A stretch of 64,000 nucleotides of DNA from Octopus bimaculoides (GCF_001194135.2 NC_068985.1:2967070-3031069); one strand, 5' to 3'; positions 12,067 through 25,806 are shown, counted from the first letter of the stretch. Notes: generated from the letters alone by a model not told the origin. A program made the numbers and translations.

Positions 12067-12700
12067 CCAGTGGTTCCCAACCATTTTTTGCCTGTTTTAC
12101 TCTACAAGACCCATCATCATCATCATCATTTAACATCCATTTTCCATGTTGGCATGGGTTGGACAGTTTGACTGAGGTCTGGAAAGCCAGCAGTGGCACC
12201 AATCTGATCTGGGAATGTTTCTAAAGTTGGATGCCCTTCCTAACACCAACCGCTCCAAGGGTATAATGGGTACTTTTTACGTGCCACCAGCACACGAGCC
12301 AGTCAGGCGAGTCTAGCGTCGATCAAGTTCGGATAGTGCATTTTACGTGCCACCAGCAAAGGAGACAGTCAGGTGGGCCTGGCATCGATCATGTTCGGAT
12401 AGTGTTTTTTGCAGGCCACCAGCATCGGAGCCAGTCAGGCGGGCCTAGCATCAATCACATTTGCATTCTGCTTTTTATGTGCCATCAGCACAGGAGCCAG
12501 TCAGGCAGGTCTAGCATCGATCATGTTCGGATAGTGCTTTTTACATGCCACCAGCACAGGAGCCAGTCAGGAAGCAGAGTTTTTTTAAAAATCCTATTGT
12601 ATTTTTATGATTAAATATCATTAGGACTTATATAAAAAAAAAATTTAGATATGATATGTATTGAAGAAGTATAAACAATTTATCACATAAATTTTAACAA
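12067..12700. mobile_element. hAT-type MITE (left TIR cagtggttcccaacc) interrupted by an RTE 3' end
   Basis: 12067-12110 and 12580-12700 match the MITE left arm at 31329-31535. Confidence 0.6.
12112..12575 (-). mobile_element. RTE 3' UTR with ~4.5 units of a 66-bp tandem repeat
   Basis: (CAT)n tail at left. Unit starts at 12278, 12344, 12410, 12476 and 12542. Confidence 0.8.
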
Positions 12701-12833
12701 GCTTGCTTCCTGACCACACGGTTCCAGGTTCAGTCCCACTATGCGACACCTTGGTCAAGTGTCTTCTACTATAGCCTCGGGCCGACCAAAGCCTTGTGAG
12801 TGGAGTTGGCAGACAGAAACTGAAGGAAATCTG

Positions 12834-12878
<45 letters not shown>

Positions 12879-13090
12879 TGTATTTGTGAGTCGGTTTGTT
12901 CCCCCACTATCACTTGACAACCAATGTTGATGTGTTTATGTCCCCATAACTTAGCGGTTTGGCAAAAGAACCAATAGAATAAGTACTAGGCTTACAAAGA
13001 ATAAGTCCTGGGGTCGATTTGTTTGACAAAAGGGGGTGCTCCAGCATGGCTACAGTCAAATGACTGAAACAAGTAAAACAACAAAAAATA
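12698..13090 (+). mobile_element. SINE family A, near complete, with internal (TA)n
   Basis: gcttgcttcctgaccacacggttccaggttcagtccc...gactgaaacaagtaaaac tail. Confidence 0.8.
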
Positions 13091-13937
13091 AAAGAACAAA
13101 ACCTTATCGGGACCCGCAAGTACCACATGGACTCCGACCAAGAACCAATGGATTAAACAAAAACCGAGAGTAGGAGGGCACAAAAATAAACAATTCTGTA
13201 CTCTTAAAATATTGATTTTCTGTCAAAAGCTGTTATGGAGGTGCCCTGGTTGCTTTGCCTTGTAGCTTAAACCTGTGTAAGAGTTACAATGTAATCTAAA
13301 CACAAAATGCAAATGTATTAAAATGTTGTGGGTTGGTTAGTTACAGCCCCTCCTTTTAAACTGGGATAGAAAAATGTTAAAATGTTTTTGTTTTTTTTTT
13401 TAAAAGAAAAAAAGGGGAAAACGAATGGCATCCAGAAACCTATTTCAAGTCATACACAAGCAACAACAACATGTATTTCCAAAGAATATATCTCAACATA
13501 TTCATATTTTGCTTCTTCTAATGGATTTCATGTCAGCTTCACTACTTTTCAAAAGCTAATATTTTTACTTCCATTTTTTTTGCCATTATTTTTATATGTA
13601 TATGATGAAAATAACACCTAATTGTCAAGGCAAGAACAAAACACCATAGTAACTTGACACTCATTATGTATGCTGAAACGATATAAGTCTGCTGAATATA
13701 AGCTAAAAACATGCATCTAATGAATATTACTAGCATTTATGAATGGAAATTGCTTTGGCAGGTTAGATGAAGTAGTTTGGAGGTAGAAGAGCTTTAAATT
13801 TGACTTTAGAATGAGATTTAAATGTCTCCAATATACAACCCTATGAAAATAAACATACAATTCTTTGTCACAGGATACAATTCATTTCATTTTTAAATGC
13901 AAAACACCTGTATAAATGATGTGGTGAATGTACTTAC

Positions 13938-14044
13938 AAAACCCAAAGAACTTGTCAGGGAAAGAATCTGGCCAGGCGTCAGGTGGCATTTCTCCAACCA
14001 TTCTTGACTATTTGAACAATGAAACACTTCTTGGTTCATTTTAG
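13938..14044 (-). CDS. Candidate internal exon (KMNQEVFHCSNSQEWLEKCHLTPGQILSLTSSLGF)
   Basis: Strong acceptor gtctttctatcttatatttttattatAG, perfect donor GTAAGT, only one frame open across the 107 nt (phase 1 to 0). Confidence 0.45.
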
Positions 14045-14269
14045 CTATAATAAAAATATAAGATAGAAAGACTTGAAAATTAAAATGAACAAAATAATTA
14101 ACAGTAATAAGCATACACAAGTGTTAGTTGAATCAAATTATGATTAAGAGATTGGTAATGGTTCAAATCAGATTCAACTTGAATTGTTTCACTCAAGAAA
14201 TTTAAATCTTCCATCTTTTAATTGTTTCAACCTTTTGGTTGTAACCAAGCTGAGGAAAAGGCTTGAAGA

Positions 14270-14575
14270 ATTTTAGTGAAACTTCTTTTTTCGTTGGGGT
14301 CTTTTACCGAAATGCTACATTACAGGGACATAAACACACCAACACCAGTTGTCAAGTGGTGATGGGGTGGGGACAAACACAGATACAAAGACACACATAC
14401 ATTGATATACACAATATACACACACACATGTATATATGACAGGCTTGTTTCAGTTTCCTTCTGCCAAATCCACTCACAAGGCTTTGGCCAGCCTGAGTCT
14501 ATAGCAGAAGACTCTTGCCCAGTGTGTCACACAGTGAGACTGAACTTGGAAACAGGTGATCAGGAAGCCACATCT
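14270..14575 (-). mobile_element. SINE family A
   Basis: Matches family A head, core, microsatellite and 3' part. Confidence 0.7.
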
Positions 14576-15311
14576 TTCAAAAATTAAAAAGCTGAGATGT
14601 TACTAAACTAAGACAGATGTTGAGGATTGTTAGCTGCTCCTGATTTTTCATAAACCTTATCTGTCTTAAATACCAGCTTCAATCTAGCACTTGCTTAACT
14701 TTGATAATTTTCAAAAACCTTGTTATTTATAATTGTTGTTGAGATAGCAAAATTTACTGCTGAAGACACACCTTCAACAAAACACTATATAATATATGAA
14801 TAATTAAATTTGATAGAAGCAAATATCTAATTTCATTGTCAAGGTAGTTCTCAGCTAACAGACTCAAAGGAAAATGGATAAGATAACAGCGATACAGCAC
14901 AGCAAATTCACATAATTTTTCAATGTATAAATACCATCTAAAATTAGATAGAGATACAAACATATTAATAATAGTCTGAAAATAAATTTGAAAATTTTTC
15001 ATTAAACATGAATTATGAAATTAAATATAAATATTTTGCTTACTGTTGCATATTCTATAAAGCATTTCCAACTTTCCAAAACAAAAAAAAAAAAGGGCAC
15101 ATGACCCACCTATAATACGACCACAAACAGGGGCAATCAAATTCACAATTCTCGAGCTCTTCCTTTATTTTTTGGCATAGAAATTTCTTACTGTAACACT
15201 AAGTGTACATTTATCCAGCTGGGTACTTAGAATGCTGTATTGAAAGGTCAATCGGATCAAATCCAACCCTAACGATGATGTTGTATCCTACTTGTACGTA
15301 ATCTGTATTAC

Positions 15312-15357
15312 TTCTCACAATTAACTGAGAAACTAAGTAAATTTCTTGCCTCTCTAC
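15312..15357 (-). CDS. Candidate exon (VERQEIYLVSQLIVR)
   Basis: T-rich acceptor, donor GTAATA, phase 0 to 1, compatible with both neighbours. Confidence 0.25.
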
Positions 15358-15490
15358 CTTTAAGGTGTCGATGATTAACAAAAAAACAAAAAAAAAAAGC
15401 CTGCATAGTAATTGCAAGCCAACCATTTATAAGAAGAACTGAATTTTCAGAACATGCAAACTATAAAGGCAGAATAATCTTCAGAAATAC

Positions 15491-15580
15491 TTCATGTGTA
15501 TATTTAAGTGGAGCAGGTTCACTCTTGCTGTTGATGCCCCCGAGAAAGACACTGACATCAGAACTTCCATGCTTGTAAAT
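15491..15580 (-). CDS. Candidate exon (IYKHGSSDVSVFLGGINSKSEPAPLKYTHE)
   Basis: AG/GT bounded, 90 nt, open, followed by a 133-nt intron to the next candidate. Confidence 0.25.
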
Positions 15581-15814
15581 CTAAGGTTTTATGCCAAGAT
15601 ATCATGAGTTGTACAGGTGTATGCAAACAGATGCAGAACTTGAGTTCAAAAAGAAATATCATTTACAAACCAAAAATGCTGTTTAGGTCAGCACCAGTGC
15701 TTTCAGGCTTATTGATTTAACCACATATCATTTCAGTGTGTAACAAAGTCAAACAACAGGAAACATTATAAACAAGGTTCACCACCAACATTGGCTCAGT
15801 TTTTACTAAAATTG

Positions 15815-16130
15815 ACATCCAATGGTTATGATGATGAGCTTTCCAACTGATCCGATCAATGGAACAGCCTGCTTATGAAATTAATGCACAGGTGGCTGAG
15901 CACTCCAAGGACAATGCATACTCATAACAGAGTTCTCAAGGAGATTCAGCATGACACGGAATGTGACAGGGCTGGCCCTTTGAATTACAGGTTCTACTCT
16001 TTCTTACCAGCTGAGTGAACTGAAGCAATGTGAAATAAAGTGTCTTGCTCAAGGACACAACATGCCACCCAAATTCCAACTCACAACCAATGACCATGAG
16101 CCAAATATCTTAACCACTTAGCCATGCACC
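15815..16130 (-). mobile_element. tRNA-headed SINE family C
   Basis: gatccgatcaatggaacagcctgct..tgaaatta..gc.ca.gtggctgagcactcca core, shared with 39650-40025. Confidence 0.75.
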
Positions 16131-17814
16131 TTGGCTTTTTCTGTTAGATATATCGATCACCTCATTCTTCAACATTGCAACATGCCATTTAACATTATAA
16201 CATGCTGTTAAAAACAAGCTCCTTGTTTTTTTTTTTGTTTTCCTTTTCATTTTTGTTTTCTAATTCTTTTTTATTTTTATTACACCCTTACCATTTCTTT
16301 GCAGCCAACGCACAGAATGTAAACAGAATACAATATAAGACAACAACAAATGGCTTGCAAAAACACAATTTATTGCTTCCACACAGGCAAGGCTTTGTTA
16401 TATATTGTTCTACTGACAAATCAAACCATATCTGATTAACTCTCTGGTGCAGAAGTAATTTGGTGATCTTTGTCAGTAAAAGAACATCCTGTTTTCCATC
16501 TGAAGACAGCAACGTTTTTAACACCAATCAAATTTTACGTTGGTTGTTCCCCTCACCCCTATACACTCATCAGAAAGACATCAAAACATAAAAAGATGCT
16601 TGGACAGCTTATTGCAATAAGCCTGTCAAAATTCACAGCTCAAAACAGTAACTATACATACATACACATGACAATGGGTACAAAATCTCAATTCAGATTA
16701 GTCTACAACATACATTTTGCTGAGTCTAAGGATAATTCCTAAATGTTCAGTCAAAGAACTGTGTTTTAAGTCTATTCACCAAACAAAACACTAGTACCAA
16801 CTGTGTTATGAAAATTCAAAATTGATCAGAAGATCTCTAAATGTGAAAATGGCAAGGTCTAAATTTTTCAAATAATTTTTGGAAATCTGAGCTCTGAATC
16901 TTCATAAAAACAACATCAAATTTAATTCCAGCATATATCATCATCACCATGTATATTTATATAATATGGTTTAGTAAAAAGTTTCAATCAAGTACAGTGG
17001 GGTCAATCAACTCCATCCCTACATCAAAATTCTGTGCTTCAGTGAGTATGCCAGAAACAATTCTAGTGGTTCTGCTTCCAGTTTTATGTTCTAAGTTCAA
17101 ATTCTGCTGAAGTCAATTTCTCTTTTGATCCTTGGGGTTCAATGTTATCAACTAGCTCTCCTTCCTAAAACTTCAGGCCTTGTGCCTACAGTAGAGTTGT
17201 TATTATCATTATTATTGCAAAGTCGTGAACAAAGCTAAAACACCAGTATGGAAACTAAATGCATTGCAGTATGCACGTAAATGTACAACCTTGGTTCTTA
17301 GTTAAAAAATCTCACTTTTATGGACTTCACTTTTATCTGCTAATGTCAATAAAATAAACTCACTGGACCCATGGAAATTCCCATTGTGTTGACAGCTAAG
17401 ACATAATAATTATTCTGTTTTCTTCATTTCTTTCTCTGATCCCTTGTAAATACTAATTGCATTCTCTTTCATTCGTATTTTCTCTTGTTGCTGTTCCCAT
17501 GCTCGATTTCAAAATTCATCCATCTGCTCTGACAACATCCAACCCTGTATTTTCTCATCCTTCCTCATTACTGCACAACATCATCACTGTCTGTATTTTT
17601 ATGAAGTGGGAAAAAAAAAAAAAAAAAAAACCGTAAAAAGGCTCAGTTTTTGTTCTCTGACAGAATTAGTTGCACTAAGCTTCATGACTGAGATTTTTTA
17701 CAAATTAATTTCATTTCAATNNNNNNNNNNCATTAACCAACATACCTGTGCGAAACTCCATCACCTAAACAACAACTAGCTCTGAGTATATCACGTGCGT
17801 GCGTGCGTGCGTGC

Positions 17815-17845
<31 letters not shown>

Positions 17846-18039
17846 CAAGCATACGTGAATTTGTATAGCATTCCTTATTTCTTTCCCTTTCTGATCATCA
17901 CCACCTCTCTCTCACTCTCTCTTTCCCTGGTTTTCTATCCCCATCACTCAGTACAACTATTCTCCCCTCAACAGAAAGCTTTCTTAGGACATAACAAATA
18001 CTTGTGGCTACAAGTGTCATTGATATAATTGATACCAAT

Positions 18040-18253
18040 ATTCTTTTCTACTCTAGGCACAAGGCCCACCCGTAATTTTGAGGGAGGGGGCCAGTCGATT
18101 AGGTCGACCCCAGTACATAACTGGTACTTAATTTTTCGACCCCGAAAGGATGAAAGGCAAAGTTAACTTCGGCGGAATTTGAACGTAAAAGACAGATGAA
18201 ATACCGCTAAGTATTTCACCCGGCATGGTAACATTTCTGCCAGCTCGTCGCCT
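18040..18253 (-). mobile_element. SINE family B with 14-bp TSD
   Basis: TSD taattgataccaat (18026-18039) and taatagataccaat (18254-18267). Confidence 0.85.
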
Positions 18254-19483
18254 TAATAGATACCAATCTTATCCAGAACTTGACTGACAACTAATTGGCA
18301 CTGTACTGATCAAGGAGATATCCTCATTTTTATGTCATGGCTTCAGACAGTGAGCTGGTAGAATAGTTACTGCACCAGACAAAATGCCTAAAAGTATTTC
18401 TTCTGTCTTTTATGTTCCTAGTTCAAATGCCACTGAGGTCAATTTTGCCATTCATCCTTTCGGGATTGTTAAAATAAGAACCAGTAAAGGACTGGGGTCA
18501 ATGTAATCAACTTTCTCCTCCGCCACAAATTGCTGGCACTATGGCAAATTTAGAAAGAATTATTAAATTATTGTTAATGCCATCAAGACAGATAAATTGA
18601 TTGTAAATAATAAAATCCTTAGTCTGGTTTCACTTCTCAACTGGAACTAGTCTAGTTGTACATAGGGAAGGTAAAAACATCTCTGCCACTCAAATTCACT
18701 ATTGCAAAATGATGATGATGGTGATGACTATTATTATTATTATTATTATTATCATTATTATTATCATGGTGAAAGGTGCCAGGACCATTGGCACATTGAA
18801 CAACATGCTTAGTGGCATTTCTTCCTGCTCTTTAGGTTCTGAGTTCAAATTCCACCAAGGTCAACTTTCAGGATTGATTAAAATAAGTACCAGTTGAGTA
18901 CTGGAGCCGATGTACTTCCATTACACTCTCTCCCTAAATTTGTTGGCCATGTGTGAAAATTTGAAAACCATTATTATAATTATTACATTAGCTGGGAAAC
19001 CAAACAGAAATGTCACTGATGTTCCAAGTGTTGATTTCACTGGAAGATCTTGGTTATATTCTAAATTGTTTTAATCCAAAGACTATAAAAAGATGGTCAA
19101 GAAGGGAAGAAACCCCAAACGTTACATTTATGTGCAGCTGACCAGCTCAAAGCAATCTGAACCAGAGTGAAGAAGAAAAGAGCAGGAAGCCACACTCCAC
19201 CACTGCTTCCGACTACAGCAAACACAACAGTTGCAACAATAGCGCCAGCAACCCAAAGCAATAACAATTGCTTTGGGTAAATAAAAGAAAGGGCACTAAG
19301 AAGTCTTCTTACCAACAATGAAAGCAAAAAGAAATTCCTGAAAACACAGGCGTAACATCAACACCCTTCATGAGTGAGGAAGATACAAAGGGCTATGGAG
19401 AGTCCAAAAAAAGTGAGAATGAAACAATCCATAAAGAGGAAGCAGTGTGGGTCACAGGAAAGAAGTGAAATGACCTTCTAAAG

Positions 19484-19801
19484 CATAGGTTCTCAAAGTG
19501 GGCGCTACCACCCCGTGGTGCGCTTTGAGACGGTCCAGGTGGGTGCTGGTGCCTAAGGGGGTGGTAGAGAAAAAGGAGGCAGTGGGAGGAAAGCAGTGAA
19601 TTGGGGGACGCTGTGAATTTATTATAATATTATTATAGTATTGTACATAAATTATACAATATTAAATATCAAATGATTCATAATATATATAAATTAGTAA
19701 AATATAAAATATTTATTCATACATAAAAATAGGGGTGAGGGTGCTGAGGGTAGAATGTGGCCATGAGGGAGGTGATGGCCCAAAAAGTTTGAGAATCTCT
19801 G
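19484..19801. mobile_element. hAT (Charlie-like) MITE
   Basis: TIRs CATAGGTTCTCAAA and TTTGAGAATCTCTG, 8-bp TSD ttctaaag/ttgtaaag. Confidence 0.8.
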
Positions 19802-20039
19802 TTGTAAAGTAAAAGGTTTTGGAGCAACAAAACAAAACACAAAAAGAAATGGTCAAATATAGAAGTGAACCAACGGGCCTAAAAGACCAGCAATCACGAT
19901 GGCAACAACAAAGTTACAAGAGCCACAGAAGCAATATGAGACATAACAATAACAGAAGTTGAAGGAGGAAGAGCAGCAGCAGCAGCTGCTAAAAGAAGCA
20001 CTGCAAAAAGAATAGGAGTCGAATGGGAAATGCGCTACC

Positions 20040-20285
20040 AAAGCTAACTCAAAGAACTTGCCTGGAATTGAAAGGAAATGTCATCTCAAAGAACTGACCA
20101 GTCATGTGGCAACACCAAAGCAGAGATAATTGCAGAAGAGACATACCAACATCTACACAAGACACATTTAATACTATAAACAGAAAGGCTGTCAAAAAAC
20201 AATAAGGAAACCAAAGATCAATTAAATGTTCAATAAGATGGTGCTGAAGGTATTTCAGAAGGCAAGTGACAAATTTAGACATCAC
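20040..20285 (+). pseudogene. R4/Dong LINE RT fragment (N-terminal remnant probably extends to ~19050)
   Basis: KGNVISKN*PVMW, IIAEETYQHL, QKGCQKNNKETKDQL, NKMVLK, matching the R4 consensus IIAEEIY.HL..EQKGCRK..RGTKDQLLIDKMVLK. Confidence 0.65.
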
Positions 20286-23200
20286 AGGAATTATTCCTCA
20301 TCAGCATCACCATCACTGCTGCTGCCACCACCACAACCAACACTGCCATTGTTATTAAAAAAGTGGATTGGCAGAAACATTAGAGTGATAGAAAAAATAC
20401 CTTGTGGTATTACTTCTAGCTTTTTATATTCTGAGTTTCAAATCTTGCCATGGCCAAGATTTGCCTTTCATCCTTCAAGGTTTGGGATAATAAAGTGCCA
20501 ATAGAGTAATGAGGTCAATGGAATGTAGTAGCAATCTCCTACCAAACCGTTGGCCTTGTGCCATTAGAAACAAGTCTAATAATCAACATAATCATCATCA
20601 TCAACATCATGTTCATAACAATTTTGTACAAGATTCTACTGCACTAGGCTTATGTGCTTCTACAATTAACAAAATAGGATGAGCAAATATTATTGTCTTG
20701 TTGGCTGAGGTAAAGAGAGGGATAAGATGTTGCCCTGAGACACACCACACCAGCTGCCGGAGGGGGTAAATCTATTTAACTTACAGTCTCATCCTGTAAA
20801 ACACAATAGAGATCTAGCTAATGGTGCTTATGGATCATATTTATAGCCAAGTTTAAAAATCTGATCATTTAACCTGACAACCACTTCTGGATCCATAACC
20901 TAAAAACCTTCATCCTCCCAACCACACTGCTTCTTTTACTATAAATTATAAAACAAAAAAAAAAAGAATGGGTGTAAATATGATAAAAGGAAAGGAGGAA
21001 AATTGCTACATTTTAATAAACTGTAATATATATATATACGTATGTATGTATGTATGTATGTATGTATGTATACGCACACATATACATACAGATACATTGT
21101 TATCAGAACAAAAACTTTATCTTTCAACATAGACAATAACCAATGCTGTGTGTGAGTATGTGTGTGTGTGTGGGTGTGTGTGTGTGAGTGTGTGTGTGTG
21201 TGTGTCTGTTTAAAAAGAAAAAGCATCCAAGTCATAATTTGTCCTGCCATTATATCCTTCCAACTACAAAGACAAACGTGTGTGAATACATGTGCACATA
21301 AGTGCATACTTGCATGTGCGCACGCACACACACGCACACACATATGCGCGCTTGTACACACACGCACACACATATGCGCGCTTGTACACACACGCACAGG
21401 ATCTGTTTTTATAGGCAAACCTCAAACATTTACCAAGCCATCCTTTGAGAGTTTCTAAATAAACACACTGCAAATGCACTGTTTTAAATCTATCTGTCTT
21501 TTCTTGCAATAAAAAAGCATCTCATATTCTCTTAACTCAAACTATCAGATGATCTTACACACACACACACGCACACACACACTTGAGTATGTGGGAAGTA
21601 GTGGGGGAGAGACATGGTGCAAAAATGTATAAAGGCCATGGCATGCAGGCAAATAAGAAGAAAAGAAAAAGTTCTCAAGGATGTCAGGGAAATGTCCGAT
21701 TTTGTGAAAGAAATATAAAAAGAATGGCAGATCTGAATAAACTTGAGTTTCTCAAAGTAACAGGCAGGAAATACATTGTTGTTAATTGCAATAGCACAGC
21801 GGCCACAAGAACAACATAAACATCAGCAACAACAACAACAACAAACAAAAGCAACATCAACAGAAGTTGTGTGATGTATGCATACATGTGTGGGAGAATG
21901 TTCACAATATAGGTAAGTAGTTTGGGAAGAGAGAGAGATGGAGCGAAGCAACAATAAGACAGAGGTAAGACAGAAAAGAGGTAAAGTGGAGAAGCAGAAG
22001 GAAATAGAAGAAAGAGGGTGAGTATTTGCAACAGTCGGGGGGGGGGGGGTGTTACGGTGCTTTTGGCTTTCTCTGCCTTGGTCCATCCCTCCTGTTTTCA
22101 TTTTCAGTTACAATGTGTGCATGCATGTGCACGGTGTTGCTTCTGATGCTTCTTTATCTCATACCTCATATATATGTGTATGTGTGTATGGGTGGGTGCA
22201 CAAGTGCATCTGCACATCCCCCCCACACACATGATGGTCACACACACACACACACACACGTGATAGTTGTGTTAGTGTTCATGTGTGTGCATGTACGACT
22301 ACAGAGAGAGAGAGAGAAAGAAAGAGAAGATAGGTCTCTAATATGGTCCTCACTATCCCACCACTTTTTATCAATTACCACACCTAATCACCCTCTTCCC
22401 AGCCCATTAGCCCAAGATCAATAACCATGTTTGTGGTTCAATATAAATGTATAGAGACACTGGCTCAACAGAGATCGACATCATCCAATATAACCAGATT
22501 CTCTGTTGACACACAAACATCACAGCCTTCTAACTCTTACACTATTGACACATACATCAACATCTCCACCACCACCACCACCACCACCACATTCACCATT
22601 ATGAACATAATTCTTCTTGATTCTCTTCCACCTCCTCCTCCTCATCATCATCATCGTCGTCCTCACCACCACCACCACCAGGTATCATTATTATCAGTTT
22701 TATAGACATTTTTCGCTCTCCTTTCCGTTCCTGCTTGTCTTGCTAAAATTGTACACAACCTCAAGCTAAGGTGATTATTTAAATGAGAAAAGACACAGGC
22801 ATAATTACAAAGATTTCACACAGCAGCTCCTCACCAGAGCAGCAGGACCAACATTATACTGAACAAATTTGAAGAAACAGATTAAACTCCTCCAGCAAAT
22901 TTTAATAGCTGACAGAAATTATCCAAGATGCAGAGCCAAAAGACATGAACATTGGGAATCGAAACAGCACTAATCATTTTGACTACTCCTCATGCTAAGA
23001 TTTCTTGACACAGAAGGGACCTCTGCACAGGCATTCCAATCTGCTACAGATAGCAGCTAAATCTACAGGAAATGTTCCTACTGTTTTCAAAGACGAATTT
23101 CTTGCATATACAAAAAGAAAAAAAAAAGATGAGGTGACTGTGGCTGGAATACTTTTGATGACAGATCTGCTGGATAAAAGCTGACCTGGGGTTAAACAAT

Positions 23201-23606
23201 AACAACAATCCCCAACAAGAGTTGCAAAAATAGTACAGATGCACTTCACACAGTCAATGCACTAGTGTCAATCTAAAGACATGCAGAAACAAACACACAG
23301 TAGAGCATGCATGTGCACATATACAGTAGAGCATGCACATGCACAAACACACACACACACAACAAACAGTTTCTGCCAATCAAATTTCATTCACAAGGCA
23401 TTGGTCAGCTCATGCCTGTAGTAGGAGACACTTGATCAAAATTATATGCTTTCACGGTGACACTGTCCTTAGATATACATATCATTCCATCAACAATCAT
23501 GGACGACACTATGTTTGTCTTCATCTCAATGATGTTCACTCCTTTGAGCTTATTTGTAACATTCAAGTAGAAGCATGGATCTGTGGTAAGAAGTTTGCTT
23601 CCCAAC

Positions 23607-24245
23607 TTCAGGTACTGGAGCAATAAACACTAAGGGCACATGAGAAATTGGTTTCCCCAAATGCCCAGGGGCTCCCTAGAAGTAGAAGATAGTTTCAGTT
23701 GCCTAATTAGCAGTGGAGGAGGGTGTTCTGAAACTATACTTGCTGGAATAAGAACAGGACGGAGAATATTCAGAGAGTTATTATTTCTGTTAGCAACAAA
23801 AGGTCTTGCTTTCTCAGACTAAAAGGCAGATTGTATGAATGGTTGGGTATGAACAGCAATTTTATAAGGGTGGTGAGACATAGGCCATGAATGCAGAGGA
23901 CATGTATAGAGGAATGCAGAGGACATGTATAGAGGAATGAAGCTAGTAAGTTCCATTGGATGTGCAGTGTCAGTGTACTTGCATAATGAAGTGCTAAGAT
24001 ACTGAGAGAAGAACTGAGCATAAGAGGTATCAGATGCTGACTGGTTTGATTGTGCAATGCATTTGGATGATAAGAGCTGTATTAAGGAGGGCCGGCTGCT
24101 TAAAGAGGATGGAACTTGTGGAAGCGGGGAGTCCCAGAAAGACATGAGACAAAATAGAGAGTGTGGTTCTCAAAATGCTGAGTCTCACGGAAGCAACAAC
24201 AAAGAACCAAGACGATAGGCGATTCCCTTTGCTGGAGACAACCTG
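23607..24245 (+). pseudogene. RTE LINE RT C-terminal fragment
   Basis: GSLEVEDSF, SSGGGCSE, FRELLFLLATKGL, KGRLY, LREELSIRGIRC, GTCGSGE..RKTW-like. Internal 21-bp duplication at ~23890-23935. Confidence 0.85.
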
Positions 24246-25079
24246 CCCACCACAGCTAAAATGATATCTCTAAAGCATTCTGTGTATGCATGAAGCCCAT
24301 TCTTGTCAGTCAAGCATTCCTCACATCTCATTCCCCAAACACATGGCTCCCTCTTTCATCACTCAATTTATGACATTAATCAGCGACTGTAATTACTTGG
24401 GGGCAGAACTGACACAAAACTCTTCAAGTACCTTCTTTACACAACCAGTTACCTCCTCCTTCTCCCTTGGAAGCTTCCATCCCTTATTCTCATTGTACAT
24501 TCTCTTCCCACCCCTCTTTTTCTTACATTCAGATAACTCTCTCTCTCTCTCTCTCTCTCTCCTTGACGATACTCCATCTTATTGCCTCAACAGCCTCTCG
24601 TGCCCAACCACTCTACACACCCACACCTCCAACTCTGTCACTCCTACATATTACACATCACACTACTACTCTATCTTCTTCCATGTGCCACTCTCTCTCT
24701 CTCACCTCCCCCCCACACAACACTGACATTCCACACCATTCACACCTCCACTAGAACACATCATTCAATACAACCCTCTGTATCCCTGTTACTCTCTCTT
24801 CAGTCTTATGAAACCACCCTTTCCCCCCACTTTGAGAGTTTGCTCCAGCACACCATCGCTAACACCTTTCTTCCTTTTCTTCATCTTCTACTTACAATGC
24901 AGAGCAGCTATGTACCCCCTCTCTAGCCCAAGACACTTGTTCTTCTCCTTCTATCACTCTCTGGCCACTCAGCACCTGGCACAAAGCCAACTTCCTTCTC
25001 ACTTAGTCATCACGGTTTTTCACTTTCCTGTTTTTTTCTTTTGTTTTTTTTTCCCCAGTCTTGCAACTTAATTGGCAAC

Positions 25080-25758
25080 TTCATAAGTTTCAATGGCACA
25101 AAGAAAGTACCCATTACACACTCTAAGGCGGTTGGTGTTAGGAAGGGCATCTAGCCATAGAAAATGTGCCAAAAACTAACACTGGCACTCACTGCAGCCC
25201 AGCAGCTTCCCAGATCCTGTCAAACTGTCCAACCAATGCCAGAATGGGAAACAGACTTTAAATAATAAGTGATAACGATGTATGTGTGTATTCTTGTGTC
25301 AACTTGTCCTGACATTGTATGATAATTTGTATCACAACCATGCAACTAGCTTCAAATTTTTTCCACATGGGCAGCCATTTTTAGGGAGGGGACCAGTTGA
25401 TTACATCACCCCCAGTGTTTCACTTGTGCTTAATTTATCGACCCTGAAAGGATGAAAGGCAAAGTCGACCTCGGCGGAATTTGAACTCAGAACTTAGTGA
25501 CAAGCAAAATGCCGCAAAGTATTTTGTCCAGTGTGCTAACGATCTTGCCAGCTAACGATCCTGCCTTGCAATCATACAAAGTAGTGTCATTCATTTCTGG
25601 TACAAAGAAAATATGTCTTGTCATGGGGAAATGTTACCTTTCTTGGAAAACAGGTGAGGGTTGGTGACAGGAAGGGCATCCAGCCGTAGAAAGCCTGCCT
25701 CAATAAACTCTATCCAACCCATGCAAGCATGGAAGAGTGGATGTGACAACAACGACAG

Positions 25759-25806
<48 letters not shown>

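Noticed and set aside
12274-12575. CRISPR-like regular repeats
   Set aside because: The units are head-to-tail with no unique spacers, lie inside a LINE UTR, and there are no cas genes.
17410-17610. Minus-strand coding-like stretch (AWEQQQEKIRMKENAISIYKG) behind a strong acceptor
   Set aside because: All frames from the acceptor contain stop codons.
20939-21509. ORFs rich in CV/HT/LS/YI repeats here and throughout the window
   Set aside because: They are translations of (CA)n, (GA)n and (TA)n microsatellites.
22750-23260. Coding-like composition on the plus strand
   Set aside because: There are multiple stops and no recognisable motif. It is possibly TE debris but cannot be assigned.
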